Counted from the first letter of the stretch, positions 19,914 through 30,418 are shown. The stretch is DNA of 64,000 nucleotides from an uncultured Desulfospira sp. (GCA_963663165.1 OY760175.1:4704001-4768000); one strand, 5' to 3'. The notes: a model not told the origin generated them from the letters alone. Made by a program: numbers and translations.

Positions 19914-20078
19914 AATACTTCTCTTTTGCCATTGGAATCCAAGCTTTTGGTATTGTGATGGCTTCAAGCCCCTCCCTTGGAGTTGGGGCGATAACCAGCC
20001 GCAGTTTTCATCACTGGCCTGCAATGGATCCCGCCCTTTGATCTGCCGGACTGGCGGGTCCGGCAAAGATGCCGGCCG

Positions 20079-22178
20079 TTAAAACCGGAAAACGATATTG
20101 GCGCCGATGGTCCTGGGGCTGCCCACCATATATGAATTTCTGATGGTGCTGGTAAAGATACTGGAGAAATATTCCTCGTCAAATAAATTTTTAGCGTAAA
20201 CATAAAAATCCCAGTGGGAAAGCTCCATGCCCAGTTTCAAATTAACAACCGCATAAGGGTCACGCAATGAAGTGTCCCCGTTGGATTCGTTAAAATAGGT
20301 TTTCCCGTATCCCTGAACGTCTATGCCGGTGTAGACGCCGGACGAATGGCGGTATTGAACGCCGGCATTGATGGAGTATTCCGGGGTGTTTTTCAGTTTG
20401 TTTCCGGCATAGTCCTCCCCGCCATATCCCATATATTCATCATATTCGCCCTGGATCAACCCCAGGCCCGTATACAGAACAAGCCCCGGAAGCGGCCTGA
20501 ATTTAACCTCCAGTTCCCCTCCGTAGCTGTGTGCCTTGCCGGCATTGGAGGCCACCATGACATACGCTGAAGGATATTCGGTTACCTGCATATCCTTTAT
20601 GTCCATATAAAACAGGGAAAGGTTGCAGGCCAGGCGGTTGTTGAGCCAGGTGGTTTTGGCCCCCCATTCATAACTGGTTGAGGTCTGGGGATCATAGGCA
20701 GTGGCATCAGGGTCATCAATGGTGTTGTTGAATCCCCCGGAAAGATATCCCCGGGACACGCTCACATAGGTCATGATGTTATCTGAGATCCGGTAATCCA
20801 GAGCGGCTTTTGGCGTGAAACTGTCCCAGTCGTCCTCAATGGTATAGTCTGCTGTGCTGATAACGGTGCCGGTGTCCAGATTGGTGGTGGTTCGGTAATA
20901 ATCCATTTCCTTATTGACGGTTTCATACCGGGCGCCGATAGTGAATTTAAAGGCGTTAAAAAACGGGACGGACGCCTGTGCAAATACGGCTGTGGTTTTA
21001 CCGGTTGTGGTGCAGGGCCAGTCGGTTTTTCGGTTAAAGTTCATCATGACCGAAGGAAGGTACTGCATGGACATCTCATTGTCCTTGTCCTGGTCGTATT
21101 CAAAGTAACCACCGGCAATCCAGGCAATGCCTCCCTGTTCGTCAGGGGACTGAAGACGAAGTTCCTGGGAAAAGGTGGTGTTTTCGTAATCCAGAATACC
21201 GTGGGTAACCGAACGGCTGCCGTATGAATAATCCACATCATAGTCTTCGGTCGCTTTCTTATACGTGGTGGTTGATACAATATCGAATTTTTTGGTGTGG
21301 AAACGGGCATGAAGGGCATTGTTAAAATTGTCTGCATCTACATTATCATCCGGGTTTTTATATTCATGAAATCGGATTTGCGAGTCCCCGATCATGGGAC
21401 CGTCCCCTCCCTGCCGGACCTCTTTGCCTGAAAATAAATTGATCTCCAATTGTTCGGAAGGCACCCAGCGCAGCCGTCCCCTGATATTGAGAATATCCCT
21501 GTCATCGTAGTAGTCCTGGTCCGGATGGTCATTTTCCATATAGCCCCGGGTCTGATATTCAGAGGCCCAAAGACCGAAAAACAGGGTGTCTTTTTTAATT
21601 GGACCGCTGACGGCGGCCTTTAAAAAATAGGTTTCGTATTCTGAAATATCCAGGGACACCCGGCCGTCCAAATCATTGGATGGTGCTTTGGTGGTTATGT
21701 TCATGACACCGCCCATGGCATTTTTGCCGTAAAGGGTTCCCTGGGGACCTCTGAGAACTTCAATGGATTCTACATTGGTGAAGTCGGCCGTGTATCCGGC
21801 GATGTTATTAAAAGGGACCCCGTCCACATACATGACAAAGGGATTTCGACGATTCAACATATTGGGGCTGACACCCCGGCATCCCACATAAGTTACATTC
21901 TGGTTCTGGGAGCTTACAGACAGGTTGGGTATAAGATTGAACAAGTCTCTGACATCCCTGACATCCCGGTCCTGAATCTCAAGGTCGTTGATGACGGTGA
22001 CGGAAACCGGAACTTCTTTTAAGGCTTGTTTGCGCTTTTCCGCTGTGACCAATACCTCGTCTATAATTTCAGCATGTTCGGTTAGGGATTGGGCAAGTCC
22101 GGACCGGGCCATTGACAGTACGAGCAGTAACATTGCGGTGATCACAAGGTGAAAATCCGGGCGGTTCAATGTTTTCAT
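20079..22178 (-). CDS. TonB-dependent outer-membrane receptor (siderophore-receptor-like)
   Basis: Signal peptide, DEVLVTAEKR TonB box, IEVLRGPQGTLYGKNAMGG plug, C-terminal Phe. Confidence 0.93.
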   Translation of the reverse strand: MKTLNRPDFHLVITAMLLLVLSMARSGLAQSLTEHAEIIDEVLVTAEKRKQALKEVPVSVTVINDLEIQDRDVRDVRDLFNLIPNLSVSSQNQNVTYVGCRGVSPNMLNRRNPFVMYVDGVPFNNIAGYTADFTNVESIEVLRGPQGTLYGKNAMGGVMNITTKAPSNDLDGRVSLDISEYETYFLKAAVSGPIKKDTLFFGLWASEYQTRGYMENDHPDQDYYDDRDILNIRGRLRWVPSEQLEINLFSGKEVRQGGDGPMIGDSQIRFHEYKNPDDNVDADNFNNALHARFHTKKFDIVSTTTYKKATEDYDVDYSYGSRSVTHGILDYENTTFSQELRLQSPDEQGGIAWIAGGYFEYDQDKDNEMSMQYLPSVMMNFNRKTDWPCTTTGKTTAVFAQASVPFFNAFKFTIGARYETVNKEMDYYRTTTNLDTGTVISTADYTIEDDWDSFTPKAALDYRISDNIMTYVSVSRGYLSGGFNNTIDDPDATAYDPQTSTSYEWGAKTTWLNNRLACNLSLFYMDIKDMQVTEYPSAYVMVASNAGKAHSYGGELEVKFRPLPGLVLYTGLGLIQGEYDEYMGYGGEDYAGNKLKNTPEYSINAGVQYRHSSGVYTGIDVQGYGKTYFNESNGDTSLRDPYAVVNLKLGMELSHWDFYVYAKNLFDEEYFSSIFTSTIRNSYMVGSPRTIGANIVFRF

Positions 22179-22229
22179 GTTGTTTTAAATCTCCTTTATT
22201 TTTTGGGCTGACACCAGGGTGTTGTTTAA

Positions 22230-23768
22230 CCCTACAACGTGACTTATATTTAATATTATTGTTTTAGGTAACATAATCTGCTACACTCCGCAATATAACT
22301 TTTATATAGGAGGTAGAGTATGTTGCCTGAAATCCGAAAAGATGAGTACCTTTATCCTATCCCCAAATTTGATATCTGTGAAGGGGATGTAAAAAATTTT
22401 TTCAATGAACTTAAAGGGTTTCATGAAATTTTCCACGACTGTTTTCATCGTTCTGAGTCAAGGGAACATTTTTTCAGGTATATGGCTGGGCAATTTAGTG
22501 ACCTGGAAAGAAAATCAATTGAACCCATTGCTCTGGCCGTTGAAGATGGCAATGTTAGGGCAATGCAGCGTTTTATTAGCGATGCTGAATGGAATGACGC
22601 CAATATTATGGCCAAGTATCGTAATCTCATAAATGAAGATATGGGGACACCTGATGGCGTTCTTATTTTTGATGAAAGCGGTTTTGTTAAAAAAGGCAAT
22701 GAATCCATCGGTGTTGCCAGACAATATTGCGGGAATGTCGGCAAGGTTGAAAACAGCCAAGTGGGTGTTTTTGCAGCCTATGCTTCCCCAAAGGGCTACG
22801 GATTGATTGATAAACGACTGTTTATACCTGAACTATGGTTTAAAGACGATCACAAACAGGGAAGAAAAAAGTGCAAACTGCCTGAGTCTGTTTCGTTTAA
22901 GACAAAACCGCAATTGGCTTCCGAAATGTTGAACGAACTCGCAGAAGAAGCCATCGTGCCGTTTAAGTATGTTACCGCGGATTCATTGTATGGCAACAGT
23001 GATGATTTTATTGAAGCTGTTGAGCAACATCCGGATTTGACCTATTTTGTAGAAGTTCCTTGTAATACTCAATGCTGGTTTAACAGACCTATTACCGTTG
23101 AAAAAACTTACAAATACAAAGGAGAGCAGCGTACAAAAATAGTTGTTGAAAAATCCTCCAAAAAGCCGGTCGATGTCAAAACTATCGCAAAAAATATAAA
23201 TGATTTTTTCTGGTACCGCCGGAAAGTATCTGAAGGTACCAAAGGACCTATTGAATATGAATTTACCAAAAGACGAGTGGTACTTTCCAAAGGAAACACG
23301 CCTACAAAATCGGTGTGGCTGATCATGAGGCGAACCCTTGGGAAATCCCCGGATTATAAATTTTTCCTTAGCAATGCCGGGGTTAGTGCCAGATTAAAGC
23401 TTTTTGTATGGCTTAGTGGTATTCGTTGGGCAATTGAACAGTGTTTTGAGGAAACCAAGACTGAACTTGGCATGGATCATTATGAGGTCCGTAAATACCC
23501 AGGCTGGAATCATCATATAATAACGTGCATGCTTGCACATTTTTTCTTGTGGCACCTGAAAATCAGGATGGGAAAAAAAAGCTCCATCTATTACAGTGTC
23601 GCAGCTTAGAATACTAATGGAGGTGGTTTTGCCATTGAGACCTTGTCATTTTCATACCGTTATACAATCGGTTTTGTATTACCAAAGGCGCAATCACGCT
23701 GCATATCTATCGCATCGAAAAAGGAGGCTTCTTGATAGAAAGAATACACCCTAAGTTACGTTGTAGGG
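22230..23768 (+). mobile_element. IS701-family insertion sequence, 1539 bp, TTAA target duplication
   Basis: Ends CCCTACAACGTGACTTA / TAAGTTACGTTGTAGGG are inverted repeats; TTAA at 22226-22229 and 23769-23772; AT-richer than the flanks. Confidence 0.93.
22320..23754 (+). CDS. IS701-family DDE transposase (ORF stops at 23609; a +1 shift at the A8 run extends it to 23754)
   Basis: ERKSIEPIA, DESGFVKKG..SIGVARQYCG..GKVENSQVGV, ADSLYG, RWAIEQCFEETKTELGMDHYEVR; the shifted frame reads APSITVSQLR...YQRRNHAAYLSHRKRR. Confidence 0.9.
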
Positions 23769-24754
23769 TTAAATGGGTTCCGTCTTTGGCCGGCCGGACC
23801 CTGAACTCTGAGAAACCGGCCAGAGAAAGCGCCTGTTTTAATGTTGATTCATCCAGTGTGAGGGTGGGATACCCCTGGGTTCTGGCTAAAAGCTCAATGA
23901 TTGACTGGGTAGTATGGTCCTGGCCTTTGGCGGCATTGCCCAGATGGTTGGATACAAAGACCCCCCCCGGGCGCATGGCCCGGTTTACCTTTTTAAAAAA
24001 CCGGGACAGATGGCCTGCCGCTGCCCAGTGGTACAGAAAATGGGAAACAAAAAACAGATCATACCCCTGACCGAGATCCGGACAGGTGTCCATGTCGACC
24101 CCAACGAACTCCATGCGGTCCCCGGTTTCCCTGTCACCTGCCGTCTGTTCGGCAAGGGCGGTTACCCCGGGCATGTCATATATCCTTGATCTAAGGTTTG
24201 GATTTTTATTCAGCAACTCCCGGGAGTAGTACCCGGAACTTCCGGCAAAATCGCACATGAGCTTAAAAGATGCGAACCGGGGGAAGGCACAGATAAAATC
24301 CACCACCTCCTGTATCTGTCCGCCCCGGGCCCTTTGTTCAAGATCCACAAGGGCCTCCTTGCTGGCAAAAATGGCAGGATCCAACTGAGGCGCACCGTTT
24401 TTTAACCGGCCGGGCAGGTCGTCAAAAGGCCCGGGTTTCATGCAGAACGCCTGAATTTCCCTGATTTGGGCGGCAGGTGCGGATGCAAGAAGAAAGTGCC
24501 GGGCAGACCGGCTTAAGTGATACCGGCAATCCCTGTCACAGGCCAGAATCCCTACAGAGGCAAGGACCTCCAGAACGGCTGGAAGAATGCCGGGGTCTGC
24601 ATCAAGCTTTTTGGCTAAGGTGCTGGCATGTGCGCTTTCTTTTTCCAGGGCTTCAAAAATGCCGGCCTGTTGCGCACCGTTGACAATGGCGGGCAGATAC
24701 CCCAGGGTCAATTGATTGTAAATGGGTTTGAATTTAGGGGGCAATGATCTCAAA

Positions 24755-26053
24755 TTATTTACCTTTCTTGTTGGCAGTGAAAAATTTGGGGGGGTGGAAA
24801 TCGGGCTTAAAAATAGTTCTTAATTCTTTTTTCCCTGAATCCGGTGGAGCGGCATATATGGAAACCGCCATGGCAAGCCCGGTAATGGTGCTGGCGGCAG
24901 ACATTACGGCAAGGTAACTTGTCCGTCCGGCCAAAGCGGTGCCGGACACGGCGGCCAGGAACATGACGAAGGCATATACACTGTATTGAAGGGTGAAATC
25001 AGTGGCGGGGCTTTTTAATGAGGCATGGTCCATCATCAGGGTATTCATCAGGGCAAACAGTGCCCCCCGGCTCAGAAAATAAAGACCTGCTGCGCCATAA
25101 ACCCGGAAGGGTGTGCAGGGGCCTGTTAACAGCCATGCCATAGCCGAAAGCCCCAGAATCTGGGCCGCAGCCGTGCCGGTTGTCACGGCAAACCGGGTAT
25201 GGTCCCGCAAGAACCGGCCGGTTAAAAGCGCGGCCAGTACGCTTAAGGTTGCCCCCAGCATATTGACCAGCATGCCGATACGCGCCATGGGCCAGCCGGC
25301 ATCCACCAGTATGGGGGTGATCAAGGCATATCCCAGGGTATTGCCCACCGGGAAGATCAGGATCACCATCAGCCATTGTTTGTGCCCGGGGATCCGCCAG
25401 AAACTGTGGAGACGGCTCAAGAACACCTTGTTATTCGAGGTGTCCACAGGATGAGACGGTTCCCTGAAGCAGGCCACTTGAATCAGGGAGACCAGCGTGC
25501 CGGCTGCCAGTATCCCCATGCAGCCGGCCCAGCCCAGATAGGGATAGGCCATGATTATGGCCCCGCCTCCCAGCATGTTGCCGGCCATGCCGGCGGCCGC
25601 CTGGATTCCGTTGCCCATGCCCCGTTCCTTTTTTGACAGCAGGCAGCAGGAAAGCCCGTCAACGGCAATATCCTGGGTGGAAGACAGAAAGGCCAAGCCC
25701 ACACATCCTGAAAAAATTGCCTGAAACTGGGTTGCAATGTCAAAGAAAGCAATAAGAACAAGACAGGCCACCATGCCGGTTTGGGTAAACAGCAGCCAGG
25801 TTCGGTAATGGCCAAGCCGTTTAATGCTGAAGCGGTCAACCAGAGGGGCCCATAAAAATTTAACCACCCAGAACAGTGTGAGAGAATAAATGATCCCCAG
25901 TTTTTCAAGTGCAAGGCCCTGCTGCCGCATAATGACCACAAGGGCGATCCAGAAAAATCCCAGGCCCAGATACTGGGTCATATAGAGGCTGCCCAGAAGC
26001 AGCCAGGTGCTTAACGGTTTGCGCATTTCCTGTACGGTTGTTTCCATCTTCAT
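24755..26053 (-). CDS. MFS transporter, AmpG/RhtX/FptX siderophore-permease type
   Basis: LYMTQYL, WVVKFLWAPLVD, SSTQDIAVDG, ATDFTLQ. Confidence 0.88.
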   Translation of the reverse strand: MKMETTVQEMRKPLSTWLLLGSLYMTQYLGLGFFWIALVVIMRQQGLALEKLGIIYSLTLFWVVKFLWAPLVDRFSIKRLGHYRTWLLFTQTGMVACLVLIAFFDIATQFQAIFSGCVGLAFLSSTQDIAVDGLSCCLLSKKERGMGNGIQAAAGMAGNMLGGGAIIMAYPYLGWAGCMGILAAGTLVSLIQVACFREPSHPVDTSNNKVFLSRLHSFWRIPGHKQWLMVILIFPVGNTLGYALITPILVDAGWPMARIGMLVNMLGATLSVLAALLTGRFLRDHTRFAVTTGTAAAQILGLSAMAWLLTGPCTPFRVYGAAGLYFLSRGALFALMNTLMMDHASLKSPATDFTLQYSVYAFVMFLAAVSGTALAGRTSYLAVMSAASTITGLAMAVSIYAAPPDSGKKELRTIFKPDFHPPKFFTANKKGK

Positions 26054-26188
26054 CCCAAGGTTTGGTAAATGCCTGTGAGCTATCCGGGACAGATGTATAA
26101 GATTCCGGGATTTATTTCTAACGAACCCATCCCTTTTTTGAATGATTCCGTAATGGAACGGGGAAAAACAGATTTTTGGGGAAAAAAC

Positions 26189-27166
26189 TCAGACGCTTTT
26201 ATTCAGCTGGTATTGCTTTGGTGAAATGCCGTACTTTTTCTTAAAGGCTTTGGCAAAGTGGCTTAAGGATGCATAGCCCACATCCATGGCTACCTGGGTT
26301 ACATTGCCGGTCTTTGATTTGAGAAGGGTCCGGGATTTTTCAAGCCTCAGATCCCTGAGAAGGGCAAAGGGGGTGGTGCCGTAAACAGTCTGGAAGCCAG
26401 TGGAAAGGCGGTTGTGGGGCATCCCCACCATCCCGGCAAGGGTCAAAAAGGTCGGAGGGGTATCAATATACCGGACAAGGATTTCCCTGGCTGCCCGGAT
26501 TTTGTCGCGTTCCTCGCCGGAAAGCTTAGCCGGCGGCGGGGATGGCATAAGGTTGTGGAGCTGACAGGCGGCAAGCTCCAATGCCTTGCCTTCCAGAAAA
26601 GCTTTTTTCAGGCTTCCATGAAAAGCGCAGTTAAAGATGTCCAAAGCGGCGGTCTCCATGGCGGGGGTATTGGGACAAATATGGTAAAACGCCTTGTTCA
26701 ACGCCGGAACGGGCAGTTTTGAAAGCAGCCCGAAAGGGATGTCTTGAAACAGGGAAAGGAAAAAGGATGGGGCCATGGTGATGATCACAACTTTAACCTT
26801 GTCCCTTGAAATGCATTGGCCGGACCCTCTGGAAACGGGGAAAAATGAAAACCGGTTAAGCCCTCCGGCCATGACCATTTCCTGGTTGACGGCACAGTTC
26901 TGATATTTCATTTTTCCTGAAATAAAGAATTTGAATCCGAACCCGGCATTCCGGATCGAAGCATTCATGGTGAATCCTGGCCCGGGATCCCAGTCCATGA
27001 TGTAAATGGCGAGCCCGGGCTTTAAGCGGATTTTTTTCAGGTAGCCGTCTGCCATGGGCCAGCAGGATTCAAAGGAGGTGTCCATTTCATGGGCGCAGGG
27101 GCTCTCCCGGACAATCTCACACCGGTTGCTTGAGTCCCATAATTCAATATGAATATTGTTTTTCAT
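26189..27166 (-). CDS. AraC family regulator (PchR-like)
   Basis: FLEGKALEL, PPTFLTLAGMVGM, VGYASLSHFAKAFKKKYGISP. Confidence 0.92.
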   Translation of the reverse strand: MKNNIHIELWDSSNRCEIVRESPCAHEMDTSFESCWPMADGYLKKIRLKPGLAIYIMDWDPGPGFTMNASIRNAGFGFKFFISGKMKYQNCAVNQEMVMAGGLNRFSFFPVSRGSGQCISRDKVKVVIITMAPSFFLSLFQDIPFGLLSKLPVPALNKAFYHICPNTPAMETAALDIFNCAFHGSLKKAFLEGKALELAACQLHNLMPSPPPAKLSGEERDKIRAAREILVRYIDTPPTFLTLAGMVGMPHNRLSTGFQTVYGTTPFALLRDLRLEKSRTLLKSKTGNVTQVAMDVGYASLSHFAKAFKKKYGISPKQYQLNKSV

Positions 27167-27417
27167 CACGATCACACACAACAATAGAGGGTATGTCTCT
27201 TAAAATGAAAGCATACCCGATCATTGTTTTTGGATCAAGATTTTTTAAAATTGTATAAAAAATTATGTTTGACTTACCTGTTGAGGCTTGCAAATGGGGC
27301 CGGGTCTGTTTTCGGCCCGGCTTAAACTGTGGGAAGGGTGCCAGAAAAAGATATGGTCGGCTTTGGATAGGATTTCACCTGAAACAGAGGGGGAATACCG
27401 GGGCCTGGCCAGGCAGA

Positions 27418-27876
27418 TTACAGATAATCTCCCCGCTGAAATTTAAGATACTCCCCTTTGATGGTGGCCGCAGTCTGGGTGGCGATATCCTTGAGGCCTT
27501 CATCTTCCTGGGTCAGGGAGTGGGTTTCCGTTAACAGGGAAGAGGCATCGGTGTTCATCTGTTCAATGACTTCAGACAGGTTCTTTAATGACACCTCAGG
27601 GTCCTCAAGCTGGGCAATATAGGTCTCTAAAAGATCAAGCAGTTCACCGGTCTTTTCTGAAACCACCAGGGACGAGTCCTGGATCTGGACGTAGCTGGAC
27701 GCTATTTCTTCAAGAGCGTTGACCGCATCAGTTCCTTCAGCTGTCTCGCCGGACTGTCCAATGGCCCGGGAAAGGGCATTTTCAAAACCCCCGGCCTGGT
27801 CGTCAGACGTTGAAGCCTTTGAGGTTGCCGTCCCAAGGGACTGTATGGATTCATTAATTTGATTGATATTAACCAT
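27418..27876 (-). CDS. Hypothetical protein, flagellar-locus associated
   Basis: 152 aa with AAAGGAG RBS; ends KFQRGDYL; downstream of flgM with its own sigma-54 promoter. Confidence 0.75.
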   Translation of the reverse strand: MVNINQINESIQSLGTATSKASTSDDQAGGFENALSRAIGQSGETAEGTDAVNALEEIASSYVQIQDSSLVVSEKTGELLDLLETYIAQLEDPEVSLKNLSEVIEQMNTDASSLLTETHSLTQEDEGLKDIATQTAATIKGEYLKFQRGDYL

Positions 27877-27908
27877 GTTGATCTCCTTTATATCTTAACA
27901 GAAGATAA

Positions 27909-27924
27909 AGCAAGAGATATGCCA
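27909..27924 (-). promoter_or_regulatory. Sigma-54 promoter
   Basis: TGGCATATCTCTTGCT on the minus strand (GG-N10-GC), 33 nt upstream of the ATG. Confidence 0.8.
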
Positions 27925-27978
27925 GTGGGCTGCTGTTGTGAAGGGTATATGAAATGACTTTAAAAAACAAGTCGTTAT

Positions 27979-28016
27979 AAAAAAAAGGCAGGCAGCCTGA
28001 TTCAGGTCTGCCTGCC
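27979..28016 (-). terminator. Rho-independent terminator after flgM
   Basis: GGCAGGCAG...CTGCCTGCC stem followed by a T run on the minus strand. Confidence 0.7.
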
Positions 28017-28037
28017 AAGTGGGAAAATATTGCTCCC

Positions 28038-28346
28038 TTATCCCAGTTCGTTCATGATAGAGCCGATCATTTTTTCCGCTATCTGCTCAGCATTGATGTT
28101 GTATTGTCCGGCCTGGATCTGGTCTTTGATTTCCTGGAGCCGTTCGGTTCTTTCTTCAGGGTCAGTTTCCATTGCCTGACTGATTTTCTGGAGATCCCGG
28201 GTGGTTTCAGATAAATTGATACTGTCCGTTTTGGTTTCAGCAGCATCAGATTCAACAGCCGGTTTCTCTACCTTGGTCTGGGCATTGGCCACCTGATTGG
28301 TATAGGTCTGATTGATATAATCAGGGGTTGAATTTGATATTTGCAT
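28038..28346 (-). CDS. flgM: Anti-sigma-28 factor FlgM
   Basis: DSINLS...RTERLQEIKDQIQAGQYNINAEQIAEKMI. Confidence 0.92.
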   Translation of the reverse strand: MQISNSTPDYINQTYTNQVANAQTKVEKPAVESDAAETKTDSINLSETTRDLQKISQAMETDPEERTERLQEIKDQIQAGQYNINAEQIAEKMIGSIMNELG

Positions 28347-28360
28347 GAGTTTGTCCTCCC

Positions 28361-28783
28361 TTAAGATTCCATATTGTTGTCGGCAACCTGCCGGGCCAGT
28401 TCCGTCATTCTCTTTAATACAAACTGGGAATCTTCAACGGAAAGGGTTTTGGTTACTTTGTTGTTGTCCTTATCAACGGAAGTGTAAGTGAACTGGTTTT
28501 TGTCCTTGGTAAAATTAATTTTTTTGCCAAGCTCCTTTTCAATTTGATCCGTTATCTGCTCTTCGTTTTCTTCTCTGGGACCTTCGGTAACAATCCGGTC
28601 AACAATATTTGAGGCAACCTTATCAATAATGGTCTGGCGCTTTCCCTCCGAGGAGATGGTGACACTGTCTGCAGACGTGCTTTGATCAGCGCTGAGTCTG
28701 TTCCGGCTGAGCATCTTGCCCTGGCTTAACTGCCTGGAATAGACTTTCATGACATTCTGTATTTGATAAGAGGGTATCTGCAT
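28361..28783 (-). CDS. DVU0524-family FlgM-associated protein
   Basis: IPSYQIQNVMKVYSRQL...DSVTISSEGKRQTIIDKVASNIV; directly upstream of flgM. Confidence 0.8.
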   Translation of the reverse strand: MQIPSYQIQNVMKVYSRQLSQGKMLSRNRLSADQSTSADSVTISSEGKRQTIIDKVASNIVDRIVTEGPREENEEQITDQIEKELGKKINFTKDKNQFTYTSVDKDNNKVTKTLSVEDSQFVLKRMTELARQVADNNMES

Positions 28784-28804
28784 TTAATTTTCTCCTTAAA
28801 CACT

Positions 28805-28832
28805 TTATCGGTAGGGGAAAATTAAAACTTTA
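28805..28832 (-). promoter_or_regulatory. Sigma-28 (FliA) promoter
   Basis: TAAA-N16-ACCGATAA on the minus strand upstream of the DVU0524-flgM pair. Confidence 0.7.
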
Positions 28833-28873
28833 GCGTTTTTTAATGTTTTTTTAGTGAATTTCTTTTTCATTCC

Positions 28874-30166
28874 TTAATCGTCGAAATTCCCTTCAGGTCC
28901 TTTGTCTGAGTTTATCTTTGCGGCGTTTTCAATGATTTTTTCTTTGGTCCAATCTTCTTTGGCTTCGATCTGGGTCCCTTTGGCCCCCGGGGTATGGGAT
29001 TTTGAATTTAGAATTTCTTCAATGACAATATCGGCGGTATCTTTGGCATTAAATACGTCTGTCAGAAGGGTGTAAACAAAGTCCTCGACGTCTTTGGCCA
29101 TCCGGTCCCTGATCTTTTTGGGTTGGGCTACCAGGCTGTTTTCAAAGGGAAGGTTGAGTTTTTTAAAGTTCCCGCCTTTCAACCCATTGGCCTTGGCATA
29201 ATCCAGCATTTTGGCCCAAATTTCTTTAGAGGCCCCTTTGGTATCCTCTTTAATAAAGTTTCCGTCATCATCCTGAATGGCATTCCCATAATCATTGACC
29301 TGAAGTCCCCAGGAAATCATCTGGAGGGCCGTGGCCACGTTGGCCTTTGTGGTCCGGGTTTTGGAAGCAATTTCCCGGAGCCTGTCAGAGTTGTTTCCTG
29401 ATGTGCCGTGCTGGGCACCTGAGACATGGTAAGGGGAAAGGGCCTCATGGATCTGAGCAGTCAACGGCACGCTGATTCCGGTGCCGCTTTGTTCAATACC
29501 GTGGGTGGTGCCGTTGTTCAGGGCAATCCAGTCGGGGAAAATGCCGTGGGCATTCAGTCCCTGGATCAGAAACAGGGCTTCCTGGGCCGTGGAAAGGCCA
29601 AGCTTTCCTTTAATTTCACCTACCTCTGTTTCAAGGCCGGCCCAGTCGGGAACATAGGGGTTTAGCTCAAGGTTGGCCAGCAGGTTCTGGTCGTCGGGCA
29701 GGTGCGAGGCATCAATGGCGATGGAGGTCATGCCGGCATCAAAAATAGACGTAATCTCATTTTTGGCCGGTTCAATATCATCCACGGACTTGATGCCGAA
29801 ATGGTCAGCATGAATGGCAACGGGGATGGTAATGTTCATCTCGTTCATGAAGGCATCGGTAATTCTGGCAATGTTCCAGAAATTGACCGCACAATAGGCA
29901 CCGGTGCCGCCCTCGGAGCGTGCGATTTCAATGATAATGGCGGCATTGGCCCTCTGGGCTGCGGCCAAAGCCCCCCGAATGCAAAAAGAGTTTCGCCCGT
30001 TGGCGGCAATGGTCATGCAGTTCCCCTTTTTTAACATGGCCTGATCAATGTATTTTCCACTGACAATCAGGGCTTTGGAGTTGGGAAACAGCGCTTTCAC
30101 CGTGGGAGGTCTGCCAAAATCAAGGGCGTGTTGAAAATTTTCTGAATATGTGGCGGTTGAAGTCAT
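28874..30166 (-). CDS. Class II fructose-bisphosphate aldolase
   Basis: AIHADH, SIAIDASH, ETEVGEI, NGTTHG, AQHGTSG, KANVATAL. Confidence 0.9.
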   Translation of the reverse strand: MTSTATYSENFQHALDFGRPPTVKALFPNSKALIVSGKYIDQAMLKKGNCMTIAANGRNSFCIRGALAAAQRANAAIIIEIARSEGGTGAYCAVNFWNIARITDAFMNEMNITIPVAIHADHFGIKSVDDIEPAKNEITSIFDAGMTSIAIDASHLPDDQNLLANLELNPYVPDWAGLETEVGEIKGKLGLSTAQEALFLIQGLNAHGIFPDWIALNNGTTHGIEQSGTGISVPLTAQIHEALSPYHVSGAQHGTSGNNSDRLREIASKTRTTKANVATALQMISWGLQVNDYGNAIQDDDGNFIKEDTKGASKEIWAKMLDYAKANGLKGGNFKKLNLPFENSLVAQPKKIRDRMAKDVEDFVYTLLTDVFNAKDTADIVIEEILNSKSHTPGAKGTQIEAKEDWTKEKIIENAAKINSDKGPEGNFDD

Positions 30167-30418
30167 TCTATCCTCCTTTCAAATTGTAGGTTTGGGTTGG
30201 TCCGGTATGTTTCTTTGCATGAAATCCGCTTGAAATCAAGGAGAATCCATTTATGAATATACATTCATGTTGCCTTTTGGGGATAAAACTTAAAAATTAA
30301 TTTGCCCGTCGTTCTGGATGTTTGTTTTAACGATCTAAAAATATTGAATTATGGGTAGTAAGCAGGGATATTGTTAGAGGTATATTGGACTTGACAACTG
30401 CAAAAATTTTCTGGTAGA

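Larger units (their letters stand above)
22185..24753 (-). pseudogene. SAM-dependent methyltransferase (Methyltransf_2-like with dimerisation domain); last 13 codons cut off by IS701
   Basis: CDFAGSSG, YDMP, YDLFFVSHFLY, MRPGG. Removing the IS and one TTAA restores ...GTHL-NNTLVSAQKIKEI-stop (TAA at 22185-22187), just before the receptor ATG. Confidence 0.88.
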
